64,000 nucleotides of DNA. Origin: Dehalococcoidia bacterium. GTDB lineage: Bacteria; Chloroflexota; Dehalococcoidia; GIF9; AB-539-J10. The stretch lies in NCBI GenBank assembly GCA_030612025.1, contig JAUWOR010000002.1, positions 1 to 64,000 of the forward strand. The letters are read 5' to 3'. A program made the position numbers and the translations under genes. The notes beneath the pieces are model-generated. The model was not told where the DNA came from. It saw nothing but the letters and a program-made list of their open reading frames with translations, and searched no databases. Positions 30,901-37,511 of this stretch are shown here, one piece after another; within the stretch, counting starts at the first letter, position 1, and every line of letters begins with the position of its first letter.

Positions 30901-31218
30901 TTGCTAGCCTTGTTAAACTCCACACTCATGAACTTTTATTATGAGTATACTTTTAATATAGGAGCAGAATTCACAACAGCAGTGGCAATCGAGAATCTTA
31001 ATAAATTACCTTTTAAGGAAATCTCTCGATCTGCACAACAACCATTCATTGACCTAGTTGACAAAATCCTCGCTATCACCAAAGCTGAAGACTATCTTGC
31101 CAATCCCACCAAGCAAGCCAAGGTCAAAGAATACGAACGCCAGATTGACCAGATGGTGTATCAGCTCTACGACCTCACGCCCGATGAAATTGTAGTGGTG
31201 GAGGGCTCCATAAAATAA
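27994..31218 (+). CDS. Eco57I/TaqI-like amino-methyltransferase with C-terminal target-recognition domain (type IIG-like)
   Basis: PFLNGGLF, DPEMLGKVFENLL, GTYYTPRE, DPAVGSGAF (motif I), YGVDID, DVVIANPPY (motif IV), TaqI_C-like region, IDQMVYQLYDLT tail. Confidence 0.93.
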   Translation: MDKQAAAKIIRDTFEKPFDKGRFITFSKNLVNYLDDSKNFTYRGNIIPDAYEPYIHTLERIGKYQDANDNKIDILIAQLKKETSLEHARTMQRNFIAWYLNGSRGGDLKDAALVAFVSPDSEDWRFSLVKMDYLLEESPSGKTKVKTELTPARRFSFLVGVNESSHTAQSQLVDILADDRNNPTLPTLQNAFNIEVATKEFFNRYRDLLYKVNEELDKLVARDKTISQEFDDNGIDTINFAKKLLGQIVFLYFLQKKGWLGVPENKNWGQGARKFLRNLFERCRREKRNFFNDYLEFLFYDALNRQDRGGIDPSYYHRFDCRIPFLNGGLFNSDYDWVKTDIVIPNDIFSNRKTASDEGSGILDIFDLYNFTVKEDEPLEKEVAVDPEMLGKVFENLLEVKARKSKGTYYTPREIVHYMCQESLINYLDTVINTGDVPLVHTPPPQGKLLGKPDPQQAALKTPQYRVLVPREDIEEFVRKGESTIEHDSRVESHGKETERYSYKLPESIRHNVKLVDEELANIRVCDPAVGSGAFLVGMMMEVVRARNTLTTYLADKEGRTNYNFKRHAIQNCLYGVDIDPGAVEIAKLRLWLSLVVDEEDIRQIQPLPNLDYKIVCGNSLLGVEKNLFNLELFNNLENLKSLYFNETNTKRKQEYRSQIDDLIRQITNDNENFDFEVYFSEIFHGDNKGFDVVIANPPYIEARGIQQKHVDTYRRLFKTAGNRVNTFAFFVEKGIELLNNERILSFIIHRNSIRSNDYRKLRKFILDNTKIKNILSFKIGVFEEVTGEVVVLVLQKTKNNQGNTIKVDFLNNTITQEFNYTLLEQDVFNNLPDYRFNIYLNRSRIQVLDNMNKHHRLEEFADVKQGIIVGNEKKYIKTYQQSSKYKPILRGKNVSKYRINFQGEYLYYVTGTRILTRGKTKDLFEIPEKILTQHVSSKIVAALDTNNYYYLQTINGITSKKETITNRYLLALLNSTLMNFYYEYTFNIGAEFTTAVAIENLNKLPFKEISRSAQQPFIDLVDKILAITKAEDYLANPTKQAKVKEYERQIDQMVYQLYDLTPDEIVVVEGSIK
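31133..31218 (+). repeat. Methyltransferase 3'-tail repeat, copy 1 (native gene end)
   Basis: Encodes ERQIDQMVYQLYDLTPDEIVVVEGSIK*. Confidence 0.9.
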
Positions 31219-31219
31219 C

Positions 31220-31681
31220 ATGGAAGCAAATACTTACAATAAGTACAAAATAAAAATATCTGATTTGAAATTCGTATGTATTGAAGCCAATGGAGAACAA
31301 GGAAAGGGATTCGTATACCCAGATATATCGGATAAATTGCCCAAATTATACGTCGTCAAACACCGTAAAGAAATTTACTATGTTGGAATTACTTCTCAAG
31401 ACATCAGAAAGCGCCTGAGGTATGGCTTCTCAACTCAGGGTAAGCATGGTTATCATGGATACAAATGGAAGAACAAGAATGCAGCCGATCTATTAATCTG
31501 GAGCTTTCCTGACAGCACTCAAGAACATGTGGAAGCGATAGAAGCAGAGCTGGTTTATTTTATCAGGGAAAAAACCGGTAAATGGCCAAAATACCAGATG
31601 GAAATTCACTTTCATGGAGCATCAGAAACCGAGAGACAAGTTGCCAAATCTATACTCAGCAGATGTTTAAACGGAGTTTAG
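31220..31681 (+). CDS. GIY-YIG-like nuclease
   Basis: KLYVVK...YYVGITSQDIRKRL and a later EAIEAELV; starts 1 nt after the methyltransferase stop. Confidence 0.7.
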   Translation: MEANTYNKYKIKISDLKFVCIEANGEQGKGFVYPDISDKLPKLYVVKHRKEIYYVGITSQDIRKRLRYGFSTQGKHGYHGYKWKNKNAADLLIWSFPDSTQEHVEAIEAELVYFIREKTGKWPKYQMEIHFHGASETERQVAKSILSRCLNGV

Positions 31682-31691
31682 GTTTAGAAAA

Positions 31692-32906
31692 ATGAGTAGG
31701 TCACCAGAACTCAGATTTGATATTAGTTTCTACAATGACGAACATCGAGCTATATTGATGAGACACAAGTATGCTGCCCGCATAAAGCAACTGGTGGATT
31801 CTGGCCTGAGCGTAAAAGAAAAAGAATTCCAGGTATATGCCATGTTCACCGAGCAAGATGGCCGTCCCAGGTTCCGTAATTACTCAGAACTGAAAAGAAA
31901 GGTGCCAGGCAGAATAAAGTTACTTAAGGATTACATTGACACCAAGAACGGCACCGTGCGCTCTTTAGTCCAACCCGGGAAAAACCAGGTTACCGAAAGG
32001 GTTGGTGTAGCCTCTGCATTATTAGTAATGAATAAAGTATTTGGTTTGCACCGCGCCGATTGGGAGCGTATTCCGGAAACCAGTAAACGCAAAACTATGG
32101 ATTTCCAGCTTGCTTCCGATGGCAATGACTTCATATTAGTTGAAGCCAAAGGAACTGCTTTTGAGACCGGTAATTTGCATCGGGATGCAGATTTGGAGCG
32201 ACATATTAAGGAAAAGAAAAAGGCTCATCTAGCGGAAAATGCCAACCTTACATCACTTTTTGGTGTCATCACAGGTATTCCTTGCGAATTAGAGAAAACT
32301 GCTCAATGTCTATTGTTAGACCCTCTTTTTGAGAATATCAGAATGGACGCGGCAAAATATCAGCTATTAGCTCGCTTATATTTCTATTCTCGGATACTGA
32401 GAGTAATTTCACGTGGTCAGTTGGTCAGGGCACTTCTTAATCGCATTGCTGTTTTAAAAAGAGCCAGCAACTATACTGAATTCGACAAGCTCCCATTAGT
32501 AGACATATACGGAGAGCCAATAGCCCCACCGCCTGAGAATACTTCATCAATATGGAACAAGACCGTCGTAAAAGATAAGATAATTGGGCAAATGTTCCCT
32601 GTGAGTAAAACTGATTTTGTCTATTATGCACTTGATATGGACATATATCGTCTAATGGTGGAGCAGAATTTTGAGGCTATCCGCAAGTTCAGCTCAACGC
32701 TAGACGAGCAGTTTATTGAGAATGTAACCTATGATAATGCGATAGTTGACGTTCGAGATTTGCAGGAATATGGCATTCCTTATGAATCATTTGAGAAATT
32801 TGACGAAGCAAACAAAGTCATTATCGCTCTTACTGGCAGTGTAAATTATAGTCTGTCAGGGCAAGTGATTGGTTTTTTTAGGTTGCCAGAGAGGACATTG
32901 CCATAA
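31692..32906 (+). CDS. Hypothetical protein with PD-(D/E)XK-like nuclease motif
   Basis: TE.VG...MDFQL...ILVEAKGT; no family recognised. Confidence 0.55.
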   Translation: MSRSPELRFDISFYNDEHRAILMRHKYAARIKQLVDSGLSVKEKEFQVYAMFTEQDGRPRFRNYSELKRKVPGRIKLLKDYIDTKNGTVRSLVQPGKNQVTERVGVASALLVMNKVFGLHRADWERIPETSKRKTMDFQLASDGNDFILVEAKGTAFETGNLHRDADLERHIKEKKKAHLAENANLTSLFGVITGIPCELEKTAQCLLLDPLFENIRMDAAKYQLLARLYFYSRILRVISRGQLVRALLNRIAVLKRASNYTEFDKLPLVDIYGEPIAPPPENTSSIWNKTVVKDKIIGQMFPVSKTDFVYYALDMDIYRLMVEQNFEAIRKFSSTLDEQFIENVTYDNAIVDVRDLQEYGIPYESFEKFDEANKVIIALTGSVNYSLSGQVIGFFRLPERTLP

Positions 32907-32956
32907 ATATTGGCGTTTTATTATGTTTTTCTTTGAAGTCGTAATTCTTGTTTGCC

Positions 32957-33031
32957 CAGACTGACTAGATGGTTTATAAGCTGTATGGGCTAACGCCGGA
33001 AGAGATTGCGGTAGAGGGTAAGTTGAAATAG
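32957..33031 (+). repeat. Methyltransferase 3'-tail repeat, copy 2 (degenerate)
   Basis: Translates QTD*MVYKLYGLTPEEIAVEGKLK*. Confidence 0.85.
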
Positions 33032-33057
33032 ACAATACATAAAAGATAGGAGGAGCT

Positions 33058-33624
33058 ATGCGTTATCTAAATAACTCAGAACTATCCCAGTTCCACGACG
33101 CTTTGTTGAAAATGTTCCAAAAGCACGCCACCAATGTAGGTAAAAAGGATTGGGGACATCCGCACGGGATAGACTATTGTGACACCTACTCATTCAATAC
33201 TAAATATGGTACTTTGCGTATAGGTCACGAAGATTACGTACAGGAGGAGCGCTGGTGGATACCGATAGAGTTGAAAAAACAAGTTCCCAGTGATCAATTG
33301 TCAATCGCCTTTGAAATGAACATACCAAAAACAAGGAATATGCGTCTTGCAGTTCACTACGCAATTGACGAGAATAATATCGTCCATATACTTCATAAAG
33401 GGAAATTCACGGTTGGGCATGGCAGTGTGAGTATGTCCGAGTTTTTTAATTACTACCGAAAAATTCCTAGCAAATGGCAACTCATCAATTTTTACAGCTA
33501 TGACTATTTGGAGCTTGGGAGAGTTAACCTGATTTTAACCGATACCGAGTTCGTCCAATTGCTTGACTCGCTGGCTGAATTTGCTAGATACATCCCAAAA
33601 TTTAAGAGCATTTATAGGGAATGA
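33058..33624 (+). CDS. Hypothetical protein
   Basis: 188-aa ORF with strong RBS (AGGAGG); no family recognised. Confidence 0.65.
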   Translation: MRYLNNSELSQFHDALLKMFQKHATNVGKKDWGHPHGIDYCDTYSFNTKYGTLRIGHEDYVQEERWWIPIELKKQVPSDQLSIAFEMNIPKTRNMRLAVHYAIDENNIVHILHKGKFTVGHGSVSMSEFFNYYRKIPSKWQLINFYSYDYLELGRVNLILTDTEFVQLLDSLAEFARYIPKFKSIYRE

Positions 33625-33630
33625 AATAAA

Positions 33631-33717
33631 AACGAACGCCAAATTGACCAGATGGTTTATCAGCTCTACGACTTCACGGCCGAGGAGATTGCGGTGGTGG
33701 AGGGCATGAATAAATAG
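33631..33717 (+). repeat. Methyltransferase 3'-tail repeat, copy 3
   Basis: Translates NERQIDQMVYQLYDFTAEEIAVVEGMNK*. Confidence 0.9.
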
Positions 33718-34066
33718 TAGATTCCCTCCGTTAGTGAAGGGCAGTAATTAATTCGAATTTGCGTAATCCGATAGCTTGAGATGCCTGGCCAAGGGCTTAA
33801 ACTCATCTGCAAATGAAGCATTGTCCCAGTAGTACAAAGCTATAGTCAGAGATTACTACGATACCTGGTGCTTTCTTGACACCTTACTGCACTTTTTAGC
33901 GCTCTGTGCAATCTACCGAAGAACGCCTTTGGAAGAGAATCCCACCGGCAAGCTAATCTGATCTCGTTCAGATAGATAGAGGACACTTTAAAGTATAAGG
34001 ACATCTTCTGCTCTAAACTTGGAACAGGTCCTCGCAGCTCTTTGTGTCCTTACGAACCTCCCCTAT

Positions 34067-34455
34067 TGTCATTGCGAGCCAAAGGCGCAGCAGTCCGTTC
34101 CTGAGATTGCTTCGTCGATTAGCTTCCTCGCAATGACAGGAAGGAGTGATTGGGGACGAGCCCCAACCCTACGAGATTGCTTCGTCGCTTACGCTCCTCG
34201 CAATGACAGGAAAGGCAGCAATGATAAGAAAGGAAGTTATGTGTCACTGATTATACTAATGAGTACACTCCCTTGCTGTGTAGAAGCTATCAGCGTAAAA
34301 TCTGCTTATAGGGGGTAAAAATTGAAGCAAGTGAAGCTAGAGGAACTTCCTAAGGAGACCTTGATAGAATTAGCCAGAATGTATGCTCGAAACTGGCAAA
34401 CCTTAGACGGGCTGTGGTTTCGAAACGTTGAAGCCCAATACGGGCTTGAAGCAGC
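34067..34455 (+). repeat. Direct repeat copy 2 (repeat cluster + promoter + 5' end of the intact DUF6125 gene)
   Basis: Aligns with 26131-26596; TTGCTG-17-TAAAAT at 34273-34301. Confidence 0.9.
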
Positions 34456-34840
34456 GGTCAAGCTAGATTTAAAGAATTGGGAAAGGCAATCCGTGGTAGA
34501 AGCAGAAAGGATTAAGAAAATACTTAACTTAACCAAGGGTGGGCTTCCCTCTGTTCTCAAAGTTTTAAGTCTTATGAGCTGGCAACTTGTCTCCCCAATC
34601 TTTGACCTTGAGGAGGAAAGTCCCCAGAAAATCGTCTTTTATTACCCTCGCTGCCCCGTTCAGGAAGGCAGGAAGAGGCAGGGTAAACAGGAATTTCCTT
34701 GCAAGACCATGAAACTAACCCTCCTATCCAATCTCGCCAAGGTAGTTGAACCCAAGGCAGCAGTGAAATGCCTTATATGCCCCCCCGACCCTCACCCTGA
34801 CAAGTTCTGGTGCAAATGGGAACTTACTATGAAGGAATAA
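34322..34840 (+). CDS. DUF6125 family protein (intact)
   Basis: NWQTLDGLWF..VE..YGLEAA, CPVQEGRKR.G..EFPCK, CLICPPDPHP..FWC.W. Confidence 0.8.
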   Translation: MKQVKLEELPKETLIELARMYARNWQTLDGLWFRNVEAQYGLEAAVKLDLKNWERQSVVEAERIKKILNLTKGGLPSVLKVLSLMSWQLVSPIFDLEEESPQKIVFYYPRCPVQEGRKRQGKQEFPCKTMKLTLLSNLAKVVEPKAAVKCLICPPDPHPDKFWCKWELTMKE

Positions 34841-34981
34841 AAACGTATTTGACAGGAGTAGTGTGCAGTTGTATTTTAATTTGTGTAATTGTAATAGAAA
34901 TCTGTGTCTCTCTATTGGCACTTAGCGCTAGCTAGAAGCCTGGAATGTGATGCGATATGTCTATATCAATGCGGGGTGAAG

Positions 34982-36628
34982 ATGCCTAAAAGAAAGGAGC
35001 CAGCAATTTATCGAACCACCGGACCCGCAGGCTTTGACTTAAGCCTGCAGGACATTATGGAAGGCTTAGAGGACGAACTTCTGGTCGTCGACAGTGAATA
35101 CCGGGTCAAGTCCGCCAATTCAGCCATACGACACAAGTTGCCTGAGAGCACTGAGTCACCTATTGGTAGGCACTGCTATGAGGTCTTCCATGGCAGAGAC
35201 AAACCCTGCAGCGCCCCCTTATGGGAATGCCCACTCAGAAAAGTGCTGCAAAGCAGCAGCCCAGCAACAATTATTCATCCTGACCGCAATAAGTATATCA
35301 AGGTCACCATGTGGCCGCTAAAAAACAGCCATGGCAGGATCAAGGCAGTGTTTGAGTTGAGGAAAGATATTACCGCAGAAAGAGAACTAGAGAAGGAGAT
35401 TTTGAGACGACACCACCATCTTGATGCCTTGAGTCGCATTTCCTGTGCCGTAAGTGGGTTAACGAACTTAGATGCTATCTTGAATACAGCGTTGGACATT
35501 GTGCTACAGATCTTTGCTGGTAGTGTGGGAGGAATCCTGCTTTTTGATGAACAAATCCAAAAGCTATGTTATAAAGTGCACCGCGGCCTCTCTGCCAAAT
35601 ACGCTGGAGAGATGTGCATTACCATGAACAAGGGGATAGCAGGAAAGGTGGCTCAAACGGGTGAGCCTATTTTGGTAGAAGATATCTCTAAAGACCCAGA
35701 TGCTGCTCGCCCTGATTTGATAACCACAGAAGGTCTTAAAGGATTTGTCAGCGTTCCTCTAAAAGCAAAGGATAAGATTATGGGGGTGATGAATGTCGCC
35801 AGCTATCTACCTGGTCAATTTAGCCCAGACGACATGTACCTCCTGAACTCCATCGGCTACCAGCTAGGCATAGCAATCGAGCAGGCAAAGCTATATAAAA
35901 CGATAGATGATGCCCGAGAAAGATACCAGATATTGCTGAGACAGGCACTCACTATCCAAGAAGAGGAGCGAAAAAGAGTTGCTAGAGAGCTACATGATGA
36001 AACTGGTCAAGAGCTCACTGCCTTGTCGCTTAACCTGCAGGCGCTGACTGAAATGCTGGGAATGAGCGCCGTTCCGGAAGCTGAATTTAACGAGTTGCTT
36101 GAAAAGACTCATTCTATAGCAGTTCGTGCCGGCGCTGAGTTAACCAAACTTATAAGGGAACTCCGCCCTACCTTATTAGACACATTGGGGCTACCTGCTG
36201 CTATTCGTCACCTTGCTGAGACTGCTCTCAGTTCTCAAGGCATTAACGTCTCAACAGAGTTCAAAGGGATGGAGCAGAGGTTGCCAGCGGAAATTGAATT
36301 GGCGCTTTTCCGCATTGCTCAGGAGGCTATTAGTAATGTTGTGAGGCATTCGGAGGCAAAAAATGCCTCTATTCGTGTCGAATGCAATGCCAATAAATGT
36401 GTTTTACAGGTTGGGGATGATGGCAAGGGATTTGATGTTAGCAAGATCACTAGCATCGATCAGACTGGCCGTGGCGCTGGCCTATTCGGTATGAAAGAAA
36501 GGGTAACACTCGTAGGTGGCGAGTGTGCTTATGATTCCCAGCCTGGACAGGGGACTAAAGTTATCGCCAAGGTTCCCATAATCAGGGGCACAGCCAATGC
36601 AGAAGATAAGAATGTTGGTAGTGGATGA
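34982..36628 (+). CDS. PAS-GAF sensor histidine kinase (HisKA_3)
   Basis: Cys/His-rich PAS, GAF, EEERKRVARELHDETGQ, QEAISNVVRHS, DDGKGF, GLFGMKER; start reassigned to ATG 34982. Confidence 0.92.
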   Translation: MPKRKEPAIYRTTGPAGFDLSLQDIMEGLEDELLVVDSEYRVKSANSAIRHKLPESTESPIGRHCYEVFHGRDKPCSAPLWECPLRKVLQSSSPATIIHPDRNKYIKVTMWPLKNSHGRIKAVFELRKDITAERELEKEILRRHHHLDALSRISCAVSGLTNLDAILNTALDIVLQIFAGSVGGILLFDEQIQKLCYKVHRGLSAKYAGEMCITMNKGIAGKVAQTGEPILVEDISKDPDAARPDLITTEGLKGFVSVPLKAKDKIMGVMNVASYLPGQFSPDDMYLLNSIGYQLGIAIEQAKLYKTIDDARERYQILLRQALTIQEEERKRVARELHDETGQELTALSLNLQALTEMLGMSAVPEAEFNELLEKTHSIAVRAGAELTKLIRELRPTLLDTLGLPAAIRHLAETALSSQGINVSTEFKGMEQRLPAEIELALFRIAQEAISNVVRHSEAKNASIRVECNANKCVLQVGDDGKGFDVSKITSIDQTGRGAGLFGMKERVTLVGGECAYDSQPGQGTKVIAKVPIIRGTANAEDKNVGSG

Positions 36629-37250
36629 CCACACCATTGTGCGGGATGGCATCTGCGCCTTGCTAGCTTTGGCTGCAGATATAGAGGTAGTTGGTGAAGC
36701 AGAAAATGGCAGGGAAGCAGTGGAGAAAGTAAAACAGCTTGCCCCTGATGTGGTGCTTATGGACATAGTTATGCCCATTATGGATGGCTTGGAGGCGACA
36801 CGTAGAATACGTAAGGAATTCCCAGAAACAAAGGTGCTGGTGCTGACCCAATACGATGAGGAGGAGTACATCTTCTCCATTATCGAGGCAGGAGCCAAGG
36901 GCTTCATTAGTAAGACAGCAGCATCCTCAGAGCTTGCCTCAGGTATTCGGGCTGTTCACCATGGCGCTTCCTTCCTTTCCCCCACTGCGGCTAAGGTTTT
37001 CGTTGAGGACTTCCAGCTGGGAGCTTCTATGCGGGGAAAACAAGACCCTTATCATCAACTGACAAACAGGGAAAGAGAGGTGCTCAAGCTGGTTGCTGAA
37101 GCATATACCACCAGGGAAATAGCCGACATATTAGCAGTCAGCCCCAAAACTGTAGAAGGACATAAGACCAATCTAATGGATAAACTGGATATCCACAACA
37201 AGACTGACCTTATTAAGTATGCCATACGCAAAGGCATTATAACTGTGTGA
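36597..37250 (+). CDS. NarL/LuxR family response regulator
   Basis: VVDDH, VLMDIVMP, LTNREREVLKL, SPKTVEGHKTNLMDKL. Confidence 0.95.
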   Translation: MQKIRMLVVDDHTIVRDGICALLALAADIEVVGEAENGREAVEKVKQLAPDVVLMDIVMPIMDGLEATRRIRKEFPETKVLVLTQYDEEEYIFSIIEAGAKGFISKTAASSELASGIRAVHHGASFLSPTAAKVFVEDFQLGASMRGKQDPYHQLTNREREVLKLVAEAYTTREIADILAVSPKTVEGHKTNLMDKLDIHNKTDLIKYAIRKGIITV

Positions 37251-37356
37251 CAGCATGGGCAAAATTTGCCCTTCTCCAACCTCTATTATCCCTTTCTTAG
37301 CATCTCAGATTGCTTAGCAATCCTACTTGTCATTCTGGGCATCCCTCGCTTTGATT

Positions 37357-37432
37357 GGGTTTTACACCAAAAACAGGGTTAAATCCCACAGAATTCAAGA
37401 GTTAAAACCATACATATTGAGGGAAATCCCTC
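37357..37432. promoter_or_regulatory. Array of four imperfect GGG...CCC palindromes, candidate response-regulator sites
   Basis: gggttttacacc (37357), gggttaaatccc (37376), gagttaaaacc (37399), gagggaaatccctc (37419); about 20-bp period. Confidence 0.45.
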
Positions 37433-37511
37433 TTTTGTTTCACCCTATCTCGAATTACCATATAGCTAAAGATTAAAAGAGGCAGAGTTATGTTTATGAA
37501 GGGAGAAACTA

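Noticed and set aside
33720-34060. Possible fourth cargo gene after tail copy 3
   Set aside because: Only short broken frames (about 52 codons on the minus strand) and nothing recognisable; may be a decayed remnant
23038-34318. Short ORFs 23038..23352, 23190..23384, 26073..26318, 34019..34318 (also 13972..14214, 19819..20040, 43507..43773)
   Set aside because: They are translations of repeat elements (CHCE/IASS/LAMT-type peptides), not genes
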